DNA of 64,000 bases, taken from Neoechinorhynchus agilis. Taxonomy: Eukaryota > Animalia > Acanthocephala. Shown here one piece after another: positions 1 through 10,615 of this stretch. The stretch is taken from assembly GCA_051530055.1 (NCBI GenBank), contig CM121342.1, forward strand, positions 3,158,512 through 3,222,511, read 5' to 3'. Below the pieces are notes generated by a model, which was given only the letters and a program-made list of their open reading frames with translations, made no database searches and had not been told where the DNA came from. The position numbers and the translations under genes are program-made. The first letter of the stretch is position 1. Every line of letters starts with the position of its first letter.

Positions 1-2
1 CT

Positions 3-428
3 ATCAGAGATTTCGAAATACAGTTCCTACAGAAACGTTCATCGATCTCAGGACTTGATGTGGCAATTATCAGTATCGCTCATATTGCTTTACTTTCTGG
101 GGCGATCGCGATAGTCGTTTCATGCAACACTGGAAATATTGCTAAACGTTTGAGTCGGTATCGACTCGAATGCCCAATAATCTGCGTCACGAATTCTGAA
201 AGTTTGGCAAGAGAGTTGATGATTTATCGAGGGGTCGTGCCACTTCTAATCCTCAACTGGCACATTAAAGCAGTTGACGACTTTGGAGAAGGGGACACAA
301 TATTGGAGGCGTTGGCAGCAGTCAAATCTTCTAACCCATTTGCTGGAAAACTCGTAAATGTAGTGGTTTTGAAAAGAAAGTGGATAAATTCCATGCTTTT
401 GTATGGCGCTCAGGTGATTTGCATTTGA
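3..428 (+). CDS. PK: Pyruvate kinase, C-terminal alpha/beta domain (5'-partial, cut by window edge)
   Basis: Frame open from base 3 to TGA at 428; AIVVSCNTGNIAKRLSRYRLECPIICVTNSESLARELMIYRGVVPL matches the PK_C pattern (AIIVLT.SG.TA..VSRYRP.CPIIAVT....AR.L.LYRGV.P). 3' end could be altered by a small intron. Confidence 0.75.
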   Translation: MRDFEIQFLQKRSSISGLDVAIISIAHIALLSGAIAIVVSCNTGNIAKRLSRYRLECPIICVTNSESLARELMIYRGVVPLLILNWHIKAVDDFGEGDTILEALAAVKSSNPFAGKLVNVVVLKRKWINSMLLYGAQVICI

Positions 429-3363
429 GCATCAATTTAATTTTTTTGTGTTTTTGAGAGTCATGATTTTAGTGTTTAGTTACTACTCTAAAAAGACTAA
501 CTTTTGATTGATATAAAACCTTTTATTCCCTCCCCCACGGATGCAGCAAAGTCTGTGCAAATTAAGAATCTAATTGTATACAGTGAGGGAATTCGCGAAT
601 GTCACCGATTAATAGTCCCTCGATGAATTTTCAAGCAAAGTTAAACATTTTATTGTATTTTCATTATGTTGGATCTGTGAAGATCTCAGGAATTGCGCAT
701 TCATTTAGCGAATTGTTTCGGACACTGGAACGCATTTTCTGTCTTGTTATAACTAAAGCCTCCTTTAAATGAAATAAAATTTGCATTTATTCGGACGCAA
801 AAAAAATTCCTGCATATTACCAAAAAAAGATTCGACGACAAATTTTTGCTTTAAATGTGATCTACGTCTCTAACAAGTGAAGTGAGCTCATAAATGTTAA
901 ATTCGGACTTCCCTTTTACAGCGCCATTGAAATGTCGATCGCACTTTTACATTTCATATTTCTCATTTTCTTAACTTCCGTTTACAGTGTTCGTTTCTCC
1001 CTAGACATCGATGCGTTAAATATTAACGATTTGCGAGAAAAAAAGTGCAACAAATATTTCATACAATCAAAGTTATTCAAATTTCTAAGTATATAAATAT
1101 TCACAAGAATCTCAATTAATTTGATTGGTTATAAGTGAAGGTCGCCTATCTTTCAACAGCTCCACAAGTTGAACATAATGCTCTTGGCTGCATTCTTCGT
1201 TGGTTCCTGCCGCGAAACCTACACTCCACAATACCATATCTCCCCCTCGCATAAATCCGCCATCTTTCCAATGTGCATTTAGTCACGCGGCACTCCTTTT
1301 TGCTTGGCAAAAGATGGCACAGTGCCCGACGAGGATCAAAAATGCATCGAATTTTCACTAAGTATAAAGACCGATTAAATGCTTGCAATGGAAACCTCGA
1401 AAACACATTCGGCGATCAAGAATAAAATGATTTAATTTCGAAGATAGGCTTGGAATTGAAGCTGATTCAACAAGTCAATTAATTTATTATCCTGTCGAGA
1501 GGATGCTGGTACATGATCTTTTTGGTTGGTTCTTGTAAAGGCCCTCCCGCCAATTGGGTTCTTTGATGCTTAAACCCTATGCCCAATCATTGAATAGAAC
1601 GTGGTCGTTTCCTGAAGTTGTTATCGTTTAATACATACGTATTTTATGGATCGCTTAATAACGAATCATGGACTCGAATTCTCACATCGCTTCGAAATCA
1701 AGTTCAACATGGCGAATATCCTTGCCTTTCTTCAATTAGTCGAACACGCGAATGCACGTGGACATAAATGCTCCGTTAGTGCAAAAAAAGTCGTTTTTGA
1801 TAAAACTGTTTCGAAAACGCTAGGCTTGAAGATATTTCTACTTTTTTTTAGTATAAAACCGCAAATGTGTTTCCCCACAGTATAAAGGGCAAACTCTTCA
1901 TAACAAATAATTAAACGCTTCATTCTTATTTTAGTTTCAAGACTTATAAAGGTCGAATTATAGACGTAAAATTAAAAAGTTGAAACAGAAACTCCTGATC
2001 CTTGAGGGCGTTGAGTAAGTTTCTAGCTTACAAATGAAGTTTAAGCGATTGCATTTTATATGGGTTATTAAATACGTTTGATGCGAATAAGCGAATAACA
2101 TAATCGGAAAGCCGCTTATTTACGAAACTATACGTCTTTTATGTCCAAAGTTCGAAATCGAGTATAGTGAAAAGCCATTAAATTTTAAACACAAGAAACA
2201 CCCGAATCCCAAAAAATTAAGCAACTAGTTAAACATTTCTTGAACAATTCTAAATGCACGACCATATTTCATTCTCTTTTTTCAATAACAAATTCTTGCC
2301 CTTAACAGGATTTCTCAGAAACGTTTTCTAATATCTCAATCAATCGATGCTCTTAATACCCAAAGTTAAATAATAAATATTTCTTCAACATTATCTTCAA
2401 TTAGTTTTACTATATTAAACATTCACCATTGAGTCTACTTCATTCGGCGATTACTGAATGTTATCTAAATGATAAAAAAAAGTGTCCATCTTGGCGCTTG
2501 AGAATATCTTTACGAACTCTGTGTTGTTCAAGTACAGAATTTTGCTAAATATCAACTATTTCGTTCTTAGTTCAAAGAACGAAGAAGCGGAGGCGAATTC
2601 GAATCTCAAAGGGCGTCTATTTAAAAGAAAAGATTTTATTCGGTAATCTTACAATGACGATTTCAAGTTTTAATATCATACAACGATTTGATGAACGCGC
2701 CATTGCTCTGAGATCTGATTAAAATTCAATATCTAGTAACGAATATTGCACCAATAAAAAGCTAGAAACTTCCATTTCGTTTCCCCAGCCGTTTCAGCCT
2801 CCTGCAACTGAATAGCAAACGAATTAGGTTTTTGCAAAAACAAATATTCTTAAAAACGAATCTTTAACTGTCGGATTGTCTCTTTCAGTTCAATAGATTA
2901 AGGTATTTACAAATCGATTCGAAACTAAATTCTGTTCTAAATCTAAAAGCGCTTAAATTCGAATCTAATGGAAACGCAATTATTTAACTGTTGGTCCATT
3001 TTTTTTAACTGCTACTTTAAGATGCTGTTTGTTCTATTGAAAACTTAATTGAGCGATGTTTTCGTGTCTATCGACATGACTATTTTACTCACTTCAATTT
3101 TTAAACCCCTCAACAACATTTTGTTTTCGAGCATATCGTTTTGAAGCGTAAACATTTGTTAGTATATAAAGTCGAGTAACGAGTACATTGAGTTAAGATT
3201 TTACAAGCTTCAATCCTTTCAAACGAACGCTTCCGAAAAATTACCTTGAGTTTTACCTGTGCAAAACTACAACACTCTATCGCTTTTGATCAATCCTCGA
3301 CAAAAAGACTAAAGACTTTTCTAATAAAAGAATCGCACCAACTGAGGCTTCAGCAAAAATACA

Positions 3364-5587
3364 ATGATCCAAGGATTTTATTCGACAATATTCATCATTC
3401 TCGCAGCAATCATGGCACCGACACTTTGCGAACCGCCGTGCACGGTTCCATTTTACTGCAATGGAACGTATTTGCGGCTGATCGGAGATGCAAATATTTA
3501 TTCAGATTCGAAATCAATCGTCGACCTGGTAATGAAATTTGATTGGGATGTGATGGAAGCCAACTTCACAAAGGAACTTATAAATGCCGGCAACGATAGT
3601 GCAAAAGTGAAGGCGGTTGTAAGTAAATATTTCAGTGATCCTGGTAGTGAATTAAAAGAGATTGTTCCATCCGATTGGCAAGAAAACTTACGAGATATCG
3701 ATGAACAGATTAAAGATAGCAAGTATCGGGGTTTTGCTCGCCACCTCAATCGACAATGGAAATCGTTATGCAGAGAACAAGCGAAGAATTTAAATTTCAA
3801 ACGTACATCGTTCCTTTCAATGAGATATCCAAACCTCATTCCCGGGGGAAGGTTCCGGGAAGTATATTATTGGGATTCATATTGGACGGCAAAAGGAGCG
3901 TTACGGTGCGGAATGACCGACACCGTTAAAGATATTATTTTAAGTATGTTCGATAATGTGATGAAATACGGGTTCGTTCCTAATGGAGGTCGAGTTTATT
4001 ACACCACTCGATCGCAGCCACCCGTCTTATCATTAGTCGTTTATGATTATTATAAAAGGACAAAGGATAAGGAATTTATTCGAAATTCCATCGAAGTTTT
4101 AGAGATGGAATTCGATTTCTGGGTGCGGAACCGGACGGTGAAAATAGATGGCCAGCCGGAGGATGTTCTCCTGTTTCAATATCGGACAAATATTACAAGT
4201 GAGCGCCCTGAATCTTTCAAAGAGGATCTCAAAACAGCCAATGAAGCCGAAGAGAAAATGAATAGAAGTAGAGAACAAGTATTTATCGACATTACCTCGG
4301 CTGCGGAGAGCGGTTGGGATTTCAGCTCTAAGTATTGGTACTTAAGGAGGTTGCTCATTCGTTCTCAGAATCCAAAGCTTGAGCTTAAAAGAAACCTCTT
4401 TACAAGCAGACGAACGAATTTGTTGTTCTGTTTGTTTAGGATTTTCGCATTTACCCTATTTAGGACCATATTTTGCGAGACTTTGAGCCATTTAATAGTC
4501 TGGGATGAGTAGTATAAATTTATCCAAAAGTACAAACTCCTTCGTTTGAAACTTTTACATAGTAAGAAATGCCTTGAAATGGCAATGGTATTCATTAATC
4601 GCCTTAAAACAAATTCAGTGGACTTGAGTATTCATTGGTTTATTTTGAGTCTTAGCTTTTCGGAACAGTAAAGTCCAAACAAATCTTCTGATTTTTTATT
4701 CGCTCTTAAATCCATTTAAGTACCAATACAATCGTTGGCTGGCATACACCGGACCACACGCGAGGAGAATGTATAGTATTCGTACAACCCGGATTATTCC
4801 AGTTTGCCTCAATAGTATTCTTTTCCTTGTGGCGGATAAATTGTCCAAATTTGAATTATTGCTAAATAGGACGGATAAGGTTCAATATTTTAATAATCAA
4901 AAGGAACGAATTCGAATGGGTTTAACAAAATACATGTGGGATCCTGTCGATCTTCAATGGTATGACTTTGATTTGGACTTTAACGCTACTCACAAAACCT
5001 TCTATGCATCGAATCTGTTTCCTTTGTGGGCAAAGAGCCATTCTTTAACTGACGACGAACTGCGCAGGATCGTCAAACGGCTTGAGGACCTCGACGTATT
5101 GTCGTTTCCCAGCGGCTTTCCAACTTCATTTGTCACAAGCCTTGAACAGTGGGACCTCCCAAATGCTTGGGCACCTGTGCAGGATATCGTAATCCGAGGC
5201 TTAATGAATATCAAGTGTGGAAATTCCGCTGGGTTAGCCTTTGATTTGTTAGAAAGATGGATTGCTAACAATTATCAAACATTCAAATCAACTTCGAATA
5301 TGTACGAAAAGTACAGCGCCGTAACTTCCGGATACCCTGGAGAGGGTGGCGAATACGACGTTCAAGTTGGCTTTGGATGGACTAATGGGGTGGCGCTTAA
5401 CTATTTATTCGAGTTTGGTCATCGCTTAGTCATTAATTCTCCGTTTGACTTCAGGACGACCACAATAGTCCTTGGCGTAGTTTCTGGACTTCTCGGCATT
5501 TATAGTATCCTGCTATCCATATTTTACGTGAAGATTATAGTTGCTATGAGGAATATGCGACGCGATTCACAACCAGAACGTAGCTGA
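3364..5587 (+). CDS. TREH: Trehalase (GH37) with N-terminal signal peptide and C-terminal hydrophobic anchor; two coding blocks 3364-4329 and 4733-5587
   Basis: Motifs DSKSIVD, IPGGRFREVYYWDSYW, GFVPNGGRVYYTTRSQPP, AAESGWDFSS / RW, IIPVCLNSIL, QWDLPNAWAP, MYEKY, GGEYDVQVGFGWTNGV. Both blocks are free of stops and frameshifts; hydrophobic N-terminus and TTIVLGVVSGLLGIYSILLSIFYV tail. Confidence 0.93.
4330..4732 (+). other. 403-nt insertion/intron in trehalase with 14-bp terminal inverted repeats
   Basis: GTATTGGTACTTAA (4332-4345) and TTAAGTACCAATAC (4716-4729) are perfect reverse complements; removing 4330-4732 (or 4329-4731) joins DFSS to RWLAYTG in frame. Confidence 0.8.
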
Positions 5588-6374
5588 AGCTTTTGAATTT
5601 CAGACTCGTGATCTTTTTTATTGCGATTAATAACTGTATATTTTTGTTTCTTTATTGTGCGAAGATTGTGATTGGCCAAGGATGCAATTGTCTTCTATAA
5701 ACATACAATTTGATTGGGACAGAAAATTCATATCTTAATGAGACGATCGTGATACTAAAGTGCGCAATTTCTTCAAAATAATTATATTCTTATGTTCTTA
5801 GTTAATTTCAGGTTGTTGAATATTTTAATAATGTGTTCTCCAGTACTGAGTTTTATCTAAATAAGAGGACGGCAGCTTTCGTCCTTCCTCAAATGAATTT
5901 AAATGAGAGCAGATAACCTGATGGCGAATTTTTTAAACAAGTAAACTTCACAAGAATGCTTAAAACAGTGAACTTTATTAAATCTGATTTACAAATGGGA
6001 TACTGTTACATTTTGTATAGGTTTCAAATTTCATTTAGTTCAAATCTATTTGAAAGATACAAATGGATGATTTCCATATAATGCATTGAATTATATTTGA
6101 GAATTCGATTTCGGAAAATTCGGTATACGTTCTGCAAGAGAAATGTTTTCTTTGTCATCAAACTTTGGATGAAGTTATTGACATTAAACCGGACGTAAAT
6201 TTTCTTCATTAGCAAAATCTGTTCTTAGAACACCTTAAGATTTGAAGTAGAAAATATCAGCTTTCTAAAATAGCAAAGAAGTGCATTATCCTCTTGAACC
6301 GATTAAATGCATTTGGAAAAGTAGCCTCTTTCCTTTTTTACAGTTCGTATGACTCCTTTATTATATTGCGAATA

Positions 6375-6445
6375 TTTTTTTGTTTGGGAAAGAACACTCA
6401 CCAACTCCCGCAAAAATTCCAGCTTTTGTCCTTCCTCGACCGTCG
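6375..6445 (-). mobile_element. Extremely 5'-truncated CRE-clade retrotransposon 3' end (family C) with short A tail
   Basis: Reverse complement matches the last ~55 nt of the ORF at 33114-33671 (gacggtcgaggaaggacaaaagctggaa...ggtgagtgt) followed by A7; absent from the paralogous site near 48870. Confidence 0.75.
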
Positions 6446-6763
6446 TATTTTTTAAGGTCCGAGCTTCAAAAAAGCTATCCAGAATGTCGGGAATAGTTTA
6501 AAAAGTTTAAAATTCCAGCTACTTGAAACCAACCCGAAAATTTAATCACTTGTTTTTTAATCGATCGTCCAAAATCAAAATTTGCCCGATATTCTCGCAT
6601 AACGAATTACTTGTCGCGCAGCGACTCACTGCGACCGTCGTGTCTCTGATCCCCGTCGATGTGGAGATGTCTGGCTCCATTAATGTCGCCCTGGAAAGAA
6701 TGAGACCTTTGGTCGTCATCGCCGAATTCTAGGATTCTAGGCGTTTATGGATGCTTCTGCGCT

Positions 6764-6837
6764 TCCCGAGAGCCGGATTTGAAACCCGCGACCTAAGGAT
6801 CTACAGTCCTCCGCTCTACCATCTGAGCTATCTCGGG
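6764..6837 (-). tRNA. trnY: tRNA-Tyr (GTA), intronless
   Basis: CCCGAGATAGCTCAGATGGTAGAGCGGAGGACTGTAGATCCTTAGGTCGCGGGTTTCAAATCCGGCTCTCGGGA: acceptor stem CCCGAGA/TCTCGGG, A box, anticodon loop CTGTAGA, B-box-like GGTTTCAAATCC (T arm slightly irregular). Confidence 0.88.
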
Positions 6838-6878
6838 TGTGCTTTATAAGTTTAAAATATTTAATTCACTTTCATTTC

Positions 6879-7725
6879 GCGTACTTCAAGGTGCTTTCTC
6901 CATTTCTCTTTAATATTTTTCTAAACAACCTCAAACCTCTCTTACTCTAAACTCTTCTTATACACCGACGATATCACCCTCACCAACCATTTACCACCCC
7001 ACCTCTCCCTTTCCTTGAGTTCTAAAGAAATCACACACATAAAAGATTTCTGCACCAATCACAAACTCCATCTCAATTTCTTTAAATGCTTCGAAATGAT
7101 CCCCTTTCTCCCCCGCAACCCCACATCATCCCCTGAGCTTCTAGATGACATCCTACGAGTAACCTCCCTAAGAATTCTGGGTATCCAATTTCAATAAAAT
7201 TTGGAATGGGACTCGCACATCGCTCTCTCCCTCGAGCTAAACACCATTAAAATTTATTTCCTCAAACGCCTCCGACATTTAGGAATCCTTTCACCCGATC
7301 TCTACAAATTTTACTTCTGCTTTGTCTTACACTTCCCTCACCCACGGTTATCCCGTATTTTGCAACCTTTCCAAATCCCAAGACGATAGGTTTGAGATTT
7401 GGAAAGGTTGCAAAATACGGTTATCCCGTATTTTGCAACCTTTCCAAATCTCAAACCTATCGTCTTGAAATGTTTCATAAAGGAGCATCTAAAATTTGCA
7501 CAGCTGACTTTTCCCCTCTCACCGAATGCCTTGATGCTATTTTCATAAGACAATCAAAACGCCTATCGACCATGCAACTACCATAATTTTTACCAAATAT
7601 CGCTTCCTTTTCACACGAACACAACACTCGTAATCCTAATTCGTTAAACCCTCCCTCAACCTCGCACCTCCCTAAATCTACGCTCCTTTTTTCATGCTGC
7701 CAAATTTTCTCGGATATCATAACCT
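6879..7725 (+). mobile_element. CR1-group (L2/Daphne/Rex1-like) non-LTR RT 3' fragment, family 1, degenerate
   Basis: VPQGA..SPFLFNIFLNNL, YTDDITL, SLRILGIQFQ*NLEWDSHI, IYFLKRLRHLG. Confidence 0.8.
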
Positions 7726-8284
7726 GAAATGATTCGGAGGAAAGACTAACCTTACAAGCGCTTTTGCAAGCAATAAACACCAATTACCACAAGAACGGAC
7801 CTACCAACCCAACCGGATATTCTCAATCGAACGGACTCGTAATCCACTCCAAAATCAATAGCCAGCTTCATTTATCGAGGAGCCCAAAGGGTACATGGGT
7901 CCTTTTCTTTGTAATTCAACAAAAACGTCTTATTATTATCGAGGGAATCTTGATTAAACAGCGACTTAATCCTGGCCATTTTATACTTAATTCGTGCAAA
8001 CCATTCTATAATCTTTATTCTCGTGCGCCATCAATTTTTTAAGGAACTCGACACTTCAAAACTCCCATAATACCGTCCGTTAATTCCGAAAACGTATAGG
8101 TATCCGCTCTTGGCACAATCTCCGTTTCCATCATAATGTCTTATACCAATGCATATCCTGCTCCACACATTTCTCGCAACATGCTAGCTAATGTCCTCGC
8201 TGTTCTGGAATGGGATTCACAATGTAAGGTAATAATTGGTCAAGCTTTTAATATGGACTGAATTTTAGTGGAAACAAAAAGTAT

Positions 8285-8545
8285 TTACTGCTTCTGCATC
8301 ACACTCAGTTGCCGTCCTGATGTAACGGTCGAAAGGACGGATGCAGCGTTTCCCCTCCTGTTGCACCACCAGACTTATGTTTTTCAGACGGAATGCTCAT
8401 AATCTCCGATCACCAGTGATTCGTCTCAATCTCTTAGACAGTTGCTTGACCAGGTCCTGCGCCCCAGTACCAAACGACCTGAGTGTCCATCTTCAGAGTT
8501 ATATTCCAAGCTACACTCCTAGAAATACGAACCAGTCCTGACGCA
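8285..8545 (-). mobile_element. CRE-clade restriction-like endonuclease C-terminal fragment (family D), degenerate
   Basis: VKQLSKRLRRITGDRR..ISLVVQ / RGNAASVLSTV resembles the C-terminus LQDVSKKLREATGDSR..NISLAVQRSNAASVMATV of the 33114 ORF. Confidence 0.65.
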
Positions 8546-8689
8546 TCACAGAATAAGGCCTTAAGAGAAACTGATCAGATTTTGAACTGAAGGTTTTTTG
8601 AAAATTTCTGTTTTATTGTCGAAACACTTAATTGGTATGCAGGAATTTATTCGAACAATGCGATGGAACCTTTGAGTATTTAACAGAGA

Positions 8690-10615
8690 ATTTCATGTAC
8701 GCCTTCGAACACTGATCGAGATTAAAGCCCACCTAACGCTTAATTGATTATCCGTTTGTTCTGCTACTTCATCGGGAGCAACAATCACCAAGTGGAACCT
8801 TTCGTCCAATTCTTTTATAGACTCTTCATCTGTACCGATGATTGTTGAGAACTGGTTCATTTAAACTTCCATCGAGCGATCAATTTGATCCGGTGATGGC
8901 CCCAGAGATAAATTGATTATCCGTTTGTTCTTCTTCATCGGGAAGAACAATCACGAAGTGGACCCTTTCGTCCAATGCTTTTATTCCCTCTTCATCTGTA
9001 TCGATGATTGTTGAGAACTGGTTCATTTAAACTTCCATCAAGCGTTCGATTTGATCCGGTGATGGCCCCAAGAGATAAATTGATTATCTGTTTGCTCTGC
9101 TACTTCATCGGAAGCAACAATCACCCAGTGGAACCTTTCGTTCGATGCTTTTATTCCCTCTTCATCTATATCGATGATTGTTGAGAACTGGTTCATTTAA
9201 ACTTCCATCAAGCGATCGATTTGATCCGGTGATGGCCTCCAAAGATAAATTGATTATCCGTTTGTTCTGCTTCTTCATCAAGAACAACAATCACCAAGTG
9301 AACCCTTTCGTCCAATCCTTTTATAGCCTCTTCATCTGTAGCGATGATTGTTGAGCCCTGGTTAATTTAAACTTCTACCAAGCGATCGATTTGATCCGGT
9401 GATGGCCCCCAAAGATAAATTGATTATCCGATTGTTCTGCTTGTTCATCGGGAGCAACAATATCCACGTCGAGCCTTTTTTCTAACGCTTTTATAGCCTA
9501 TACATTTGTATTCGATGGTTGTTGAGCGCTGGTTCATTTTAATTTCAACAAAGCGATCGATTTGATTTGATGATTGCTTCTGATTTTTTCCTTTGCGTTC
9601 TTGCCGTCGAAATCTATTCCATTTTATTTTTATTTCTTCGACCGCCTTCGAGCACTGGTCGAGATTAAGCCCCCTGACGATAAATCGATTATACGTTTGC
9701 TCTGCGTCTTCATCGGGAACTACAATCACCAAGTGGAACCTTTCTTGCAATGCTTTTACAGGCTCTTCATTTGTACCGATGATTGTTGAGCGCTGGTTCA
9801 TTTTAACTTCCATCAAACGATCAATTTGATGAATTCCCCCGGATTTTTTCCTTTGTGTTCTTGCCGTCGAAATCTATTCCATTTTATTTTGTTATTTCTT
9901 CGACCGCCTTCGAGCACTCATCGAGATTTAGTCCATGGCGATAAATCGATTATACGTTTGCTCTGCGTCTTCATCGGGAACTACGATCACCAAGTGGAAC
10001 CTTTCTTGCAATGCTTTTACAGGCTCTTCATTTGTACCGATGATTGTTGAGCGCTGGTTCATTTTAACTTCCATCAAACGATCAATTTGATGAATTCCCC
10101 GGATTTTTCCTTTGTGTTCTTGCCGTCGAAATCTATTCCATTTTATTTTTGTTATTTCTTCGACCGCCTTCGAGCACTCATCGAGATTTAGTCCATGGCG
10201 ATAAATCGATTATACGTTTGCTCTGCGTCTTCATCGGGAACTACGATCACCAAGTGGAACCTTTCTTGCAATGCTTTTTATAGGCTTCTTCATTTGTACC
10301 GATGATTGTTGAGCGCTGGTTCATTTTAACTTCCACTAAACGATCGATTTGATGAATTTCCCCGGATTTTTCCTTTGCGTTCTTGCCGTCGAAATCTATT
10401 CCATTTTATTTTTTATTTCTTCGACCGCCTTCGAGCACTGGTCGAGATTAAGCCCCTGACGATAAATCGATTATGCGTTTGCTCTGCGTCTTCATCGGGA
10501 ACTACAATCACCAAGTGGAACCCTTTCTTGCAATGCTTTTTATAGCCCTCTTCATTTGTACCGATGATTGTTGAGCGCTGGTTCATTTTAACTTCCACTA
10601 AGCGATCGATCTGAT
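8690..10615 (-). repeat. Tandem array of KH-domain-like units: about five 261-264-bp units plus about five ~170-bp degenerate units
   Basis: Unit anchors ctggttcatttt at 9529, 9793, 10054, 10316, 10578; aattgattatc at 8742, 8911, 9078, 9248, 9418. Translation EVKMNQRSTIIGTNEEAIKALQERFHLVIVVPDEDAEQT.NRFIVRG..LDQCSKAVEEIK fits a type I KH fold. Confidence 0.8.

Noticed and set aside
1146-1923. Short ORFs 1146-1406, 1646-1885 and 1732-1923 as genes
   Set aside because: No recognisable motif and no consistent spliced model found; a minus-strand gene may exist but cannot be supported.
2570-2620. tRNA-like B box (gagattcgaattcgcctccgct on minus strand)
   Set aside because: No D arm or anticodon arm can be built.
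3246-3542. Overlapping 98-aa ORF and antisense ORFs inside trehalase
   Set aside because: Shadow frames starting at non-ATG codons; fusion to trehalase in copy 2 is a by-product of the deletion.
4332-4720. Canonical GT-AG intron ending at tttaag 4720
   Set aside because: Both nearby GT donors are phase 2 while this acceptor needs phase 0; splicing would frameshift.
3364-5587. Alternative genetic code (TAA/TAG=Gln or TGA=Trp), suggested by protein-like frames with sparse stops at 1500-1900, 39700-40300, 42500-42800, 63230-64000 and the Fox TAA
   Set aside because: About 600 trehalase codons and the long retroelement ORFs contain no in-frame stop codons and use CAA/CAG and TGG normally; decay, indels or tiny introns explain the stops.
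7764-8042. Integrase relic (PTGYSQSNGLV)
   Set aside because: Single short motif resemblance, no DDE context.
8690-10615. CRISPR array
   Set aside because: Long tandem units with no unique spacers, eukaryotic context, coding-derived.
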